DNA from: Callorhinchus milii
Lineage: Eukaryota
Assembly (NCBI RefSeq): GCF_018977255.1
Contig: NW_024704743.1
Location: forward strand, 17,238,001 to 17,302,000
Reading direction: 5' to 3'
Length of the DNA stretch: 64,000 nt
Part shown: in pieces, positions 28,601 to 40,814 of the stretch
Layout of the letters: each line of letters opens with the position of its first letter
Numbering within the stretch: position 1 is the stretch's first letter
The notes under the pieces: generated by a model
What the model was told of the DNA's origin: nothing
The model's input: the letters and a program-made list of their open reading frames with translations, nothing else
The model's database searches: none
Position numbers and translations under genes: made by a program

Positions 28601-31600
28601 CACCAAAGAACACATCATTTACGATCAGTTTACTTTGTATAGCATCTTTTACTTCTGGAGAACATCTCATAATACTTCACACAACTGACTGGGGCTCAGG
28701 TTTTTGGATGAGGAGGTGACCTCAGGCTTAATTGAAGTGGTACAGTTGAGGGGTAAGAGAGGAACAATAAGTGACTGAAAGCACAGTTGACAAGATGGGT
28801 CTTAAAGTTGAAGCTGGGGTTGGGGGAGGAATGGACATCCAATGTGAAGGGACTCTGGGATGAAGTTGAGTCTTGGTATTGCCTGCACATCACACCTGAA
28901 AACCTTGGCCCTCAACCTTGCCTGAAGTCAATTCCCCTCTTTCCCTGGCTCGACGTCAAGGTCTACCACCGTTAAGCCTTCAAGGCATTACTCCACATGA
29001 AGGGCCCTATATAAATATTGGGATGTCCTCCCGATGTGAAAGGCGCTATACAAATGTATCTTTGTTATATAAATGCATGCTGCCAGTGGGCCTGTAGAAT
29101 GTTAGAACTCATCCAGTACTCTGATGTCTGATAGGCAATCGGCTGAGCCAATAGAAGAGTACATCCGCACTTTTTCCATGCAATTTGCAACAATTCCTCC
29201 CCTACAAATCTGTATGCACAGTATGCATGGCCCCGGGGCCTCTCGTTCGAAGCTGCCACTGCGGGTGGAGTGGCTCTGTTTGCGTATGTGTTGGGGAGTG
29301 CTGAGATTGCGGAATTGGCGCGAGCAGGAAATTGGCTTTGCCCGACACCCACTGAGCTCCTGTAACCGATCCATAGTAAGTCCTATACTATTCACATTAA
29401 CATTTTTTGTATTTTAAACATAACTACATGTTCAGGAAATATATGCCTACAGTTTTAATCTGGGTTGTTTCACAAAATGCGTATTTCAACAGCACCAATC
29501 ATTTCCCGCATAATTTGTCAAATGCCCTGCAATTTGGGCCAAATATTTCTGCACTATTCTATTGGCCCAGGTAATCGGTCAGAAGAGCACTATTATAATA
29601 ATGCTTGCATTTGATATAGCACCTTATCACACAGTGGAAATATTTCAAGCCACTTCACAGATGTACCAGTCATAGAATTGGGGATAGAGGTAGAGAGAGA
29701 ATAGGGTGTGATAGGAACAGAAGGATTGTCCCACCACTTTCTTAAGATCATGACCAACCAATCCATCAAGGAGACATTTTATTTGGTGTGACCCATGTGT
29801 TTCTCATTGCATGCAAATCTATTTTATGAAGAGGACCAAAGATAGAAAGAGCCCTGAGAAACGCCTCATGTTACTTGTGCGGGGAGAGAAAAAACACTGT
29901 TGGAAGTGACAAGATGCTGGGTCTGTAAGAGTGAAACCAGGAAAGGGCATGGACATGGAAGTAGAGCAGGAACGAGAAACAATACAGGTTTCAAAATAAA
30001 CTTTTGCTATCGTTTGCAAACATTCACTTCTGAGAGCAAACAAACATAAGTAGAAGGAATTTTCACCCTAGGTAAACCCCAGCCATTTTTTTTAATAATA
30101 GGATACGGTGAAGAGCGCTATACAAATGCAAGTTGTTGAATTGGGTCCTGGCATAGGGTCTGAGAGTGGAACTACTTGTTTCAAGATCTTCAATTGATTA
30201 GCCAAAGGAGCATTAATTGCATGAGATCTTTAGGCGAGTTCACTATTAACAAATAAATGTTCTGCGGTTTGATGGCATAAACCTGATTGAAGACATGAAA
30301 GAGTTTGAATGAGCTGGACTCTATGCTTCTGCCTCATTATTATTTAGCTGCAGGAAGTTGATACTCATCCAAGCCTTGATTTCTGACAGGCGGGCAGACA
30401 GAACATCAATGGACATTGTTGCAGAGAAAGTCTGTCATTGGTAACTAATTAAGGCTGGCTCATTGCTGTGGGCAGGACAGGACGGAAACCAGACTGGAGG
30501 AACTTGAGCAGCAAAAGGTGAGAGTGAAGTTGGTGTCTGCAGAACCAGCTTCAAAAATAAAGAAAATTCAGATCTTACCTGTGTGGGATAGGAAGCTTGA
30601 AGTCAGTAAGCTGCATACATTTAAATGGCATAGCCTGTCTTCTTACTCCACTGCAAGGACCATCTACCAATGCCTGAGAAATGTAATCAATGAAATGGAT
30701 CAATGCACTTCCAGAACTCAAAACTCATATATATTATATATATATTATACATATAAAAAGAACCTCCTCCCCACCCACACAATTTGGCTACGCCCTCCAC
30801 TCAAACATTGGCCTGCTTCATGTCCCCCAGGACAATCCACCTCACATCAGTGGGTGAACTTTCAGCCGTTCTGCTCCCGCTCTCAGGAACTCCATTCAGG
30901 AACTCTGCCTTGCCCATTCCCTCCCTGGATTAAGTCCCATCTTTTCAACCATGCTTTCTGCCAAATCTCCCCTAAACCTCAGATCAGGCTTTTGATCAGC
31001 TGTATAAAGCACTTTGAGATGTAAAAAGCACTGTGTCATTTATAATTGTAAATAACTTATACATGTGGGGAGGTTTATATTTAAATTCTTTGTGCATAGG
31101 CATGAAATGGGAGAATTTCTTCGCTTGAAGACTTCATACATGCAGTGCACAAAGTTTAGGAGAAAATAAGAAAAACAGAGGAGCTAACATCGTGTGCGTG
31201 GAGGACAGGAATGAAGGAGAAGTAAGCATCGCACTATGCATGGCTGAAGAAACTAGGGTTGGAACATCCTTGCGTTTGATATATCACATCTTCGAGACAC
31301 CTCAAAGTGCCTCACGGAATACACTGTAAAGTGAATGACTATATTTTGTGGGTGAAATACAGCGGTCAATTGCGCACAGCAGTGTCCCAAATAGTCATGG
31401 ACTATACTTTTTCAAATTTTTATTGAAGGGATTATTACCCCTGGAAACACAATCTGCCAATTGACTAACAACCAGGATCTGACTTACTTTTCAGTGAACA
31501 GAGGCTTGTGGAATAAGGAAACTTGCCTATGGTTTCAAACGCACTGCCGGGAATTGAACCCAGGTGCTCACTTGCAAGGCGAGTGCTCTAACTACTAATC

Positions 31601-33184
31601 TACAGGACTCCTGTTAAATGCCAGAGACGTCTCGTTATGATAAAGTACTATATCAAAGCAAGATTTATTATTATAAATGACTTTTTGTGTGAGTGAAACA
31701 GCATTCTGGGTCAACATGTGAAGAAGAAAGGGCAGTTAATGCCCTTCACAAGAAACCACCCCCCAACGGAAAAAAAACGGTCAGAAGGCACAGACAGGTA
31801 CTGCCTGTGCTGAGGGGCAGGTCCTGCCTGTGCTGAGGGGCAGGTCCTGCCTGTGCTGAGGGGCAGGTCCTGCCTGTGCTGAGGGGCAGGTCCTGCCTGT
31901 GCTGAGGGGCAGGTACTGCCTGTGCTGAGGGGCAGGTACTGCCTGTGCTGAGGGGCAGGTCCTGCCTGTGCTGAGGGGCAGGTCCTGCCTGTGCTGAGGG
32001 GCAGGTCCTGCCTGTGCTGAGGGGCAGGTACTGCCTGTGCTGAGGGGCAGGTCCTGCCTGTGCTGAGGGGCAGGTCCTGCCTGTGCTGAGGGGCAGGTAC
32101 TGCCTGTGCTGAGGGGCAGGTGTGCGCCGGCCACAAGAACAACAACTTGGATTTATATAGCGCCCTCCACGCCGGACGACGTCTCCGAGCGCTTCACAGT
32201 AACGGATCCCGGGGCCGGGCCGGGGGGAGGGGGAAGGTGACCAAAGGCGCGGTTGAAGAGAAAGGTCTTCAGCAGAGACCTGAAAATAGGAAGAGACGAA
32301 GGGAGCGAGGAAGGGATTCCATTGCCTCGGGGCATAGTGGCTGAAGGCACGGCCGCTGAGGGCGGAGCGGAGGACTCGGGGGACGGGGAGGAGTCCAGAC
32401 CCGGAGGAACGAAGGCAACGGGCACTGTTTTGAGGATACATACCCGGTTCTGGTCGATCACATCCACAATGGCCACCAACTTGCCCGCGTGGGGCCCGAA
32501 CGCGATGTAGGCGACGCGGCCGATCTCCACGTAGCGCTTGTAAACCTGACACAGACACAACAGGGAAGAGAAGCGCCATCAGCCGCCGCCGCAGCCGCCG
32601 CCGCGGGCGCCCCCGCCCCCGCCCCGGAGAGGCCGCGTGTGGGGTGTAACGCGAGGGGAGGGGCCGCCCTGCGCTCGGCCTCTCCTTTCCTCTCCTCACA
32701 GTTTAAAAGACTTTAAAATTGCATTCAATGCAAAACACATTCACTTTATTTCCTCCTTCACTTCACTCATTTCGTTTAATACAAATGACATGACATTTTC
32801 TGGCCTCCTTCTGGGCCCTCGCGCCCCCCCCCCCCCCCCGCACACCCCACCCCGACTGTCCCCCAACTCGACAGAAAAAAATGGCGGGGGCTGCTCCCTG
32901 CTGCTTGACTGGCGACCCCCGCAGAGGCTCCCTCCCTCAGCAGCAGGGGGAAGCCTGTCCTCCAGGCCCCGCCGACACGGAGCACGTTGCTCGGTCTCTC
33001 ACAAGAGTGGCTCCAGGCGGCGGCAGCCAGTCCCCCCCCTCTCCCATCCCGCCCCCCGCGCGCACTGACGCCCGCGCGGCCTCCGGAGCCTCCCCTCCAA
33101 CCCCTCCGTCCGTTATTTCCGTTGATTTTTAAACCCGAGGTGCAGCCTGGCCGCGGCTCGCGCTCGCGCTCACTCACTCACCAT
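25539..33184 (-). CDS. RPL14: 60S ribosomal protein L14 (eL14), 6 exons, 167 aa
   Basis: complement(join(33182..33184,32444..32545,30579..30673,28444..28543,27353..27406,25539..25688)) = 504 nt. [60 protein letters not shown]...[21 protein letters not shown]. All GT-AG; AATAAA at 25516-25511. Confidence 0.97.
27353..27406 (-). CDS. RPL14: RPL14 exon 5
   Basis: Encodes [18 protein letters not shown]; tttcag| and |gtaagt. Confidence 0.96.
27474..27715 (-). mobile_element. 5'-truncated tRNA-derived SINE in RPL14 intron 4
   Basis: Body and tail match the other copies. Confidence 0.88.
28444..28543 (-). CDS. RPL14: RPL14 exon 4
   Basis: Encodes [34 protein letters not shown]; tttctag| and |gtaagt. 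Confidence 0.95.
30579..30673 (-). CDS. RPL14: RPL14 exon 3
   Basis: Encodes [31 protein letters not shown]; ttctcag| and |gtaag. Confidence 0.96.
31265..31612 (-). mobile_element. tRNA-derived SINE, long variant
   Basis: Head at 31612-31545, extra central segment, tail. Confidence 0.82.
31801..32122 (+). repeat. 23-bp minisatellite x14 (CTGCCTGTGCTGAGGGGCAGGT[C/A])
   Basis: Near-perfect array with one dimorphic position, in RPL14 intron 2. Confidence 0.97.
32135..32430 (-). mobile_element. LINE2 3' end (GC-rich subfamily)
   Basis: Closely matches 51322-51625; tail ggcgtggagggcgctatataaatccaagttgttg. Confidence 0.85.
32444..32545 (-). CDS. RPL14: RPL14 exon 2
   Basis: Encodes [34 protein letters not shown]; cag| and |gtatgt. 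Confidence 0.97.
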
Positions 33185-33490
33185 GATGGCGGCCGCTCGA
33201 AAAAGAAAGACCGCCCGCTTCCGGTTCCGTTCTTACATCGCAGAGACCCCCCCCCCACCGCGCGCAAGCGCACTGCACTCCGCGCGTCAGACCCGGAGCT
33301 GCACCGTTGTGCGCATGCCCCACCGTAAACCCCTCCCCCCCCGCCCACCGACCGCCCCGGTTGTGAGTGACTGCGCTTGCGTCGGACCCAGCCCGTTTCT
33401 CCAGGGAGTGGTGAGAGCGCATGCGTCAGGTTCCTGGCGCTGAGGCTGACTCGGACCAGGGAGGCAGACCAGTGTCACGTGACTGCCCGG
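33182..33490 (-). promoter_or_regulatory. RPL14: RPL14 exon 1 and CpG-island promoter with 5'TOP/TCT initiator
   Basis: Minus strand reads CTTTCTTTTTcgagcggccgccatcATG|gtgagt (TOP at 33209-33200). ETS/GABP-type CCGGAAG at 33224-33218, NRF1-like GCGCATGC near 33311 and 33417, palindromic GTCACGTGAC E-box at 33474-33483. CpG-rich from about 32400 to 33500. Confidence 0.85.
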
Positions 33491-33619
33491 TCTGCCTGAT
33501 TCCACCTCCTCTCACACACACCAAAAACCCAGTGCGCAAACCTTGGTGTCCGCTTCAACCCTCAGCTCTCCATTCTGTCCTCGCACAACCACCTGCATTC
33601 ATGTGGCACCCCCTCACGC

Positions 33620-34420
33620 AGCGCAACAACGACAACAAGATTGCATTTATAGAGCGCCTTTCACGTCGGGAGGACGTCCCAAGGCGCTGGACAGTTGGGT
33701 CAGGACCCGAGCATTGGGGGGGAAATGGCCCTCTAAAGGGAGGGGGCGAGGAGGGGTGGAGAGTCGAGAGGGGAGCTGAAGGCTCGGTCAAAGAGAAAGG
33801 TCTTGAGACCGGCCGTGAAGGAGGAAAGGGAGGAGGCGGCGAAGGCACTGGGGGATGGCATTCCAGACCGCGGGGGGGGAAGAGGGAGGTGACCATAGTC
33901 ACAACAACAACAACAACAAGATTCCATTTATAAAGTGCCTTTCACGTCAGGAGGACGTCCCAAGGCGCTGGGAATAGGAAGGTGTTCAGGTGCAACCTGA
34001 AGACGGGGAAGGAAGGGGTAAGGCGGAGGGATAGAGGAAGAGTATTCCAGAGTTTCGGAACGTAGTGGCTGAAAGCACAGCCACCAATGGAGGGCACTGG
34101 GGACATGCAGATCCAGTTGAGCAGAGTCGGCGGGTTTTGGGTTGGGAGGTAAGCAGGTCGGAGAGGTAGGGTAGGGAGGTGCCAGGGCACGAAGGAGAAT
34201 TTTAAAATGAGTGTGAGGACCTTGAAATCGATCCGTTCGGTAATAGGGAGCCAGTGGAGCCTGGCTAGGACTGGTGGGATGGGGGTACGGAGTTTAGTAC
34301 AGGTGAGTATGTGGGTGCTGGAGTTTTGGATCACCTGGTTCCTGTCCATGGTGGAGCGGGGGAAACCGGCAAAGAGGGCATTTGAGAAGTTGTGTCGGGA
34401 GGTAACGAACGCATGGTGTT
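33620..34420 (-). mobile_element. Stacked LINE2 3' fragments
   Basis: Two L2 tails (near 33625 and 33900) and PVLARLHWLPITERIDFKVL. Confidence 0.85.
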
Positions 34421-35068
34421 TCGGACAATACTATACAATACTATATAAATATAAATTTTGTTGAAAAGCCATTGGGACATTTCTAATGCTTCTGTTATGA
34501 TTTGATTTAATTCTCATGTTCACTTTGTGTCATTGTCAAAAAAATTGATTTTTATCAATGATCAAAATTGATTAAAAAAATTCTGTCAGATTGTATTTCT
34601 GTACAGCGAAAAATGACAAATATTGAAGCTTACTGATTACATTTTTGATTTTTTTAGTGTATTGAATTATTTTTATTTTTTTCCTCTCTGGCACATGCCT
34701 CTCTGTTGCTGCTCGGGTCTTTTGACCTCCATGGGTGGTTTCAGGGACCATTGTTGGCCCTCTCATGTAGATGGCATCACAGCCAAACATGACCTTTCCA
34801 GCTGTCACAGGCGCACAAATGTTTCATATCTGGAGAGTCCAGCTATCATCTTTGCTTTTTGTCTTTTATGGTACCTCATACCACAAGAGGGCTCACTTCC
34901 CCATTCAAAGTCTTGTTGCATCATGTCTTGTTATCCTGCTTCATTTGAGTCTGCTGGCGGCCAGAACATGAACCCTGCAAGCAGACGTTCAAAATGAATC
35001 GAACAATGATATACAAAGAAGTTATTGTATATAATAGCCCTTTTTATAGATGCTACTATCAGATATAG

Positions 35069-35380
35069 CGGAGTCCTGTAGCTCAGTGGTTAGAGCACTC
35101 GCTTTGCAAGTGAGAGACCTGGGTTCAATTCCAGGCAGGGCGAAACCTTGGGCAAGTTTCCTTACTCCACACACCTAATAATAATCCCTCCAAAACCAAA
35201 AACAATAATAAATTGGTCACTTTCAATTTATGACTGTTTGTGGGACATTGCTGTGTGCAATTGGCTGCCGCGTTCGCCCACAAATATAGTCAATTTACTT
35301 TAGAGTATATTCCGTGGAGCGCTTTGGGACGTCTAGAAGACGTGAAAAGCACTATATCAAATGCAAGGATTATTATTATT
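35069..35380 (+). mobile_element. tRNA-derived SINE, short variant, full length
   Basis: Head, body and (TAT)n tail. Confidence 0.92.
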
Positions 35381-35399
35381 ATATATTTATCTATTGGCC

Positions 35400-35745
35400 T
35401 CTCTATCTCCACTGCCTCTCGGCTCCATCTTCACAGTCCTACCCTTGCCTGGTTCAAATCTTACCTTTCCCACCATCACCACTTCATGTCCATGAATGGC
35501 TTCTCTTCCAACCCCTGCACTGTTATGTGCGGCGTTCCTCGGGATTCTGTCCTTGGTCCACTCTTCTTCAATATCTATATGCTCCCACTTGGTGACAGCA
35601 TCTGTAGACATGGGGTCAAGTTCCACATGTATACCAATGTCACCCAGCTCTACCTCTCTGCCTCCACCCTCAACTCCAGGATCACTGCTGTCCTCACAGT
35701 CTGTCTGCCAGACATCAAGTCCTGAATCAGAGCTAACTTTCAATA
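35400..35745 (+). mobile_element. LINE2 RT fragment
   Basis: CGVPRDSVLGPLFFNIYMLPLGD...FHMYTNVTQLY. Confidence 0.85.
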
Positions 35746-37111
35746 ATTACTTGTTCTTGTTCTGTCAATATATTATTAATATTAATATTATTATTATATT
35801 AATATATTATTGAAAAACTTGGCATAATAATTAATAGATTCTGAAATGTAAAACTGAACTCATTTCATACTTATCCTGTGTTTGTGCTTTCGGATGAAGT
35901 TAAAATGAAGAATAGCTATAGTTACACTTTTTAAAGAAATACAATTGCTGTAGAGAATAGTACACCTACTCAAAGTTCAGTTGTCCTGATTTGTATGCAT
36001 ATCCTCACCCCACTACCACAGTAATGACAATGTAACAATTTTCTCAAATCCCTGAGATTTATACCCATGATGTAATTATTCATGAACTTCTTGGCCGTTT
36101 TTGAGACATTACTGTACATAAAATGACTGTCCATTAACTAGCAAAATAGTCATTACACTTTACAATACAAATTCCTGTGAAGCGCTTTTAAGCCATTACT
36201 AGCAAATGGGACTATGTCACCCGTAAGAATTATTATCATTATTATTATCTGTGGTTATTTAACTGCAAATGAACTACAGCAGTTGGCACATAATTAATGC
36301 ATGGCCATTCTCTCCAGTCAGTGGCAATGAATACGTCATTCATACCTAAATTATAGCTCTTTGCAGTTTAAAAGTTATGGAATAATACGCTTTGTGTGGG
36401 AAATTACAACCTGTAAAAAGTTTTAATTAGGAGATCACAAACTTATTTGTTATTCTGTTCTTATACTGCTGGGAGTGAAATTACATTTGCCAAAATTTTT
36501 GCCTTTCCTTCACAGAAAAAAAATTATGTTGCAAGTTCCGTGAGTAGCCCTTTGCGAACAAGAGGAAATCTGTTTTTCATTAAAATGAAACAGGGAAGAG
36601 AAATGAGTTTCAGAATATATAAGTTATTTTTGATCCCAAAAATTCAGAAGTATACGTGATCCTCATTCAGAATAGTTCAAACTGGGGATTACTTCACATC
36701 AGTTGCGAGGTCCATTTTTTTCTCAATATCTCTTGTGAGTGGCCCTGGACTTTCCTGAAACAGTCATCACCGTATATTCTGTGAAGCCCTTTGAGATGTC
36801 TCGAAGACATGATAAGGCACTATATCAAATGCAAGGATTATTATTATCTGAGAACAGTTATAACCCCAACATTAATCATATAATAATAATCCTTGCCTTT
36901 GATATAGCGCCTTATCACGTCTTCTAGATGTCTCAAAGCACTTCACAGAATACACTATAAGTGAATTGACTATATTTTTGGGGTGAAACGCGGCAGCCAA
37001 TTGGATTGAGTGACCAAATTATTATGGTTCAGGTCTTTATTATTCTGTGAAGCGCTTTGAGACGTCTAGAAGACGTGAAAAGCGCTATATCAAATACAAG
37101 GATTATTATTA

Positions 37112-38162
37112 TAGTCCTTAAATGGTTCAGATCCTATCTCAGACCGGCTCCACTTTGTCTCCACAAGTGGCTTCTTCTCCATTTCCTGCACCGTCTCGTG
37201 TTCCTTAGGGCTCTGTCCTCGGTCCCCTCCTCTTCACCCTCTTCATGCTCCCTCTTGGCGACATCATCCACAGACATGGGGTTAACTTCCACATGTATGC
37301 GGATGGCACTCAATTCTATCTTTCTGCCTCCACCCTCGACCACAGGACCACTGATGTCCTGACAGAATGTCTGTCAGACATCAAGTCCTGGATGAGAGCT
37401 AACTTTCTATTGAACGTCAGCTAAACCGAGGCTCTGCTGATTGACTCATGCCAGGGCCTCCACACCTCTGGCACTGGCAGCATCAGCATCCACGGATGCA
37501 CACTTTTACCTCACCAAGCCGGTCAACAACCTAGGTGCCTTGTTCGATCCTCAACTGTCCTTTCTCCCCCACATCCGTACCATGATCCTCACTGCCTTCC
37601 CCCACCTCCGCAACATTGCTCGACTCCGCCATTGCCTCACCCCTCAGGCCGCCGGAACCCTCATACATGCCTTCATTAACCAGGCTCGACTATGCCAATA
37701 CCCTGCTCGTTGGCCTTCCCAACTCTCCCCTCCACAAGCTGCAGATCATCCAGAACTCTGCAGCTTGTGTCCTCTCTCGTCCCAGTCTCTGTGACCCCAT
37801 CACGCCCACCCTCACCCGGCTCTACTGGCTCCCCATCCTTCAGAGGATTAAGTTCAAAATTCTCGTTCTCACCTTCAAGGCCCTCCACGGCTTTGCCCCC
37901 ACCTATGTCTCTGACCTGCTAACCCCTTATCAACCTCTCCGCTCCCTCTGCTCAGCGGGCTCCGGCCTGCTCCATGTTCTCCAACCAGTGCACCTCACCA
38001 TCGCTGGTCAGGCCTTCAGCCTATCTGCCCCCACCCTCTGGAAGTCCATTCCATCTTCCCTTCACCTCGCTCCCTCCATTGCCTCCTTCAAGGCACGCCT
38101 CAAGACCCTCCTCTTCAATCGTGCCTTCGACCACCCTCCTCCCTCGTTGCCCTTCACCTCTT
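37112..38162 (+). mobile_element. LINE2 RT and C-terminal fragment
   Basis: FHMYADGTQ, RLDYANTLLVGLP and LYWLPILQRIKFKIL; frameshifted. Confidence 0.88.
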
Positions 38163-38635
38163 AAAGTCAACCCACTAGGAGACAATGGAACCTGACAAGG
38201 ATGGAGTCCATGCTCATGCATAGCTTGATATGGTTTAGGATATAAGCTTTTTGTGCATGAACTGGAGCTTGGGGAGATGAGTACAAAGGTCATTTGAGTT
38301 GCATTTGTAGGTAATAGAGCATATACAAGTCTTGGCTGCATTATAATAATCCTTGAATTTGGTATTGCATCTTTCACATTATGACACCTCAAAGTGCTTC
38401 ACAGGATTTACTGCGGAGTGACTGCACAGCATACAAATATGACAGCCCAATTGCACACCACTGTCCTACAAACAGCCATGAAACAAATTACCAATTTTAT
38501 TTGGAAGATTGTTGGCCAAAACACTCGGGAGAAACTCTTTTTTTGAGTAGTGCCATGGGATCTTTACTGCCCATCTGAACAGGCAAATGGGACCTCAGTT
38601 TTTAACTTCTAATTCGAAGGACGGCACCTCCAACA

Positions 38636-39008
38636 ATAATAATAATCCTTGCATTTGATTTAGTGCCTTATTACGTCTTCAAGACGACTCAAAGCACTTC
38701 ACAGAATATACTGTAAAGTGAAATAACAATATTTTGTGGGCGAAATACAGCAGCCAATTGCACAAGGCAGTGTACCACAAACAGCCGTGAATTCAGGGAC
38801 TAAATTATTATTATTTATTTATTGGAAGGGATTAATACTCACGGAAAAGCGATCTGCTAATTGACTAAGAACCAGGTTCCTACTTACTGCTAGGTGAACA
38901 GAGGCGTCTGGAGTAAGGAAACTTGCCCAACGCATCGCCCTGCCGGGAATCAAACCCAGGTCCTCTCACTTGTGAGGCAAGCTCTAACCGCTAAGATACA
39001 GGACTCCA
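38636..39008 (-). mobile_element. tRNA-derived SINE, long variant
   Basis: Head at 39008, central extra segment, tail at 38640. Confidence 0.85.
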
Positions 39009-39183
39009 CAAGACGTCTGACCCAAGTTGTCAGTTCTTTAGCAATGACAGTGCAGATGCTATCTTTAAAATACAGGCATTACGCAAAATAATGTATTTGA
39101 CCCTTGCCATGATTGTAAAATTACAGCAATTGTATTAAAAGATTTATTAAACAGTTTTCATAATATTACAATACATCACTAAA

Positions 39184-40095
39184 CTATTTATTTTTCTTAT
39201 TCTTTTTTGTTTTTCGAATTTTATTTGGATTTGGAACAACTTTCTTTATTACGAGAGGCAGAAGCTGTACTTCAGATTCGTTGCTTTTTGTACTGCTTGA
39301 TTCTAAAGAAGCTTCACTTGAAGCCACTTCACAAATTTTCCGCTTCCGACTCAAGGAGAACACAGCAGCTGATGAGGATGATTCAACTTGTTGCATTTCA
39401 CTGGCGTCTATTGGCTCTTTTGGTTCAATTCCCTCAGCAGTCTCTTCTCTTTTGCTCGGTCGTATCCACGGAACATCTAAACGAGGCACTCGTGTGATAA
39501 TGGCTTTAATGGTCTGAAGGAAAGTCTCTGCATTTCTTTTAAATCCCAGGGCTATCGTAGACTTTAAACCCAACACTGGTGCTATTGTCTGACTCAAACG
39601 GGGAACCTGACAAGCAGGCACTGCCCGACTCACGCTGAGCTGAATGAGATGCTGAGTCATCAGAGCAGGTTTCACCGACAAACATACCAGCACCAAACAC
39701 AATTCATCTTTCTCCAAACCCCGTGTCACTTCATTAATTCCAATGGCCAACTGTTTTCTAAATTGTTTGGAAGTCCATCCTTCTTGTAGTTGCTGTTGTT
39801 CTGTCTCCATAATCTGGACCGTCTCTTGGCTTTCCTCTGGTTTTTCAGAGTTCTCTTGTTTATTCTGATTTTTTGGTGCCTTTGAAGCTCTTGGTTTCCT
39901 GGGTCTGTGTGTAGGTTCTATTTTGTACAAACCAACCTGTTGAAACTTATTCTTCAAAACCTCCAAGATGAATGCCATGCTCCCTTCAGCCAAAGGACTC
40001 CATTTTATACTGTATGGATTGTTGAAAGTGGTCTTGGCAGATGGTGGTCTTGCTTTACGCACTCCTCCTTTTGCGACTTGTGCTGAGATTTCCAT
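39184..40095 (-). CDS. RPP38: Ribonuclease P/MRP protein subunit p38 (L7Ae family), single coding exon, 303 aa
   Basis: ATG at 40095 (MEISAQVAKGGVRK...KTTFNNPYSIKWSPL). L7Ae-type core RKQLAIGINEVTRGLEKDELCLVLVC...HLIQLSVSRAVPACQVPRLS. Basic C-terminus PLVIKKVVPNPNKIRK. Acceptor cctttacag at 40143-40145; AATAAA at 39148-39143. Confidence 0.95.
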   Translation of the reverse strand: MEISAQVAKGGVRKARPPSAKTTFNNPYSIKWSPLAEGSMAFILEVLKNKFQQVGLYKIEPTHRPRKPRASKAPKNQNKQENSEKPEESQETVQIMETEQQQLQEGWTSKQFRKQLAIGINEVTRGLEKDELCLVLVCLSVKPALMTQHLIQLSVSRAVPACQVPRLSQTIAPVLGLKSTIALGFKRNAETFLQTIKAIITRVPRLDVPWIRPSKREETAEGIEPKEPIDASEMQQVESSSSAAVFSLSRKRKICEVASSEASLESSSTKSNESEVQLLPLVIKKVVPNPNKIRKTKKNKKNK

Positions 40096-40404
40096 TTTAA
40101 AATGGAAAGTAAATAATCCAGTGAAACTAAGCACTCAATAATCTGTAAAGGACAGAACAAATTACAGCAATATTTTGATCAAATAAATTGAGCAAATTAT
40201 TATCCAAATAAGATGTGCAATTCTATAAATCTTAAAATGTAAAAAATATAGAACCTTCCAAATACCAATTTACACTGTACTCATTCTAAAAAACAAGTTA
40301 AAAAATTTCAGAACGCAAAATACTACAGATGCTTTGTTTCGAATAAATGTTTTGTTTCAAACATTTCAGACTGTTTTTTAATTATCTGACGGATACACTG
40401 GACA

Positions 40405-40732
40405 TAATCCTTGCATTTGATATAATCCTTGCATTTGATATAGCGCTTTTCACGTCGGGAGGACGTCCCAAAGCGCTTCACAGAACACACTGTAAAGTGA
40501 ATTGACTGTATATTTGTGGGCGAACTCGGCAGCCAATTGCGCACAGCAATGTCCCACAAACAGTCATATGGATTGAAAATGACCAGTTTATTATTGTTTT
40601 TTTTTGGAGGGATTATTATTAGGCTCTGTGTGGAGTAAGGAAGCTTGCCCAAGGTTTCGCCCTCTGCCTGGAATTGAACTCAGGTCTCTCACTTGCAAAG
40701 CGAGTGCTCTAACCACTGAGCTACAGGACTCC
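40405..40732 (-). mobile_element. tRNA-derived SINE, short variant, with duplicated tail
   Basis: ataatccttgcatttgat occurs twice in tandem near 40405-40440. Confidence 0.9.
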
Positions 40733-40814
40733 ATAGGATGTAATATCACCCTCAGAATGCACTGCAGGTAAAGTAACAACGACTTGCACTTATATAGCGC
40801 CCTCCACACTGGGT

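Noticed and set aside
25700..32400. Intronic snoRNAs in RPL14
   Set aside because: No convincing box C/D pair with a terminal stem seen. H/ACA RNAs cannot be judged by eye and need an Rfam/Infernal scan.
31711..32699. 317-aa and 144-aa minus-strand ORFs; CRISPR-like appearance of the array
   Set aside because: Built from the 23-bp minisatellite, an L2 end and an off-frame read of RPL14 exon 2. The array has no unique spacers and the context is eukaryotic.
34620..35000. Unique-looking, exon-like stretch between RPL14 and RPP38
   Set aside because: No recognisable protein or consistent splice frame; possibly an old TE remnant.
35069..35145. tRNA-Ala-like sequence (TGC anticodon loop), also at other SINE heads
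   Set aside because: Each continues into a SINE body and LINE-like tail and the acceptor stem is not properly closed, so these are not true tRNA genes.
40096..40134. 13-aa N-terminal extension of RPP38 in the ORF track
   Set aside because: Begins at a non-ATG codon; the first ATG after the splice acceptor in this frame is at 40095.
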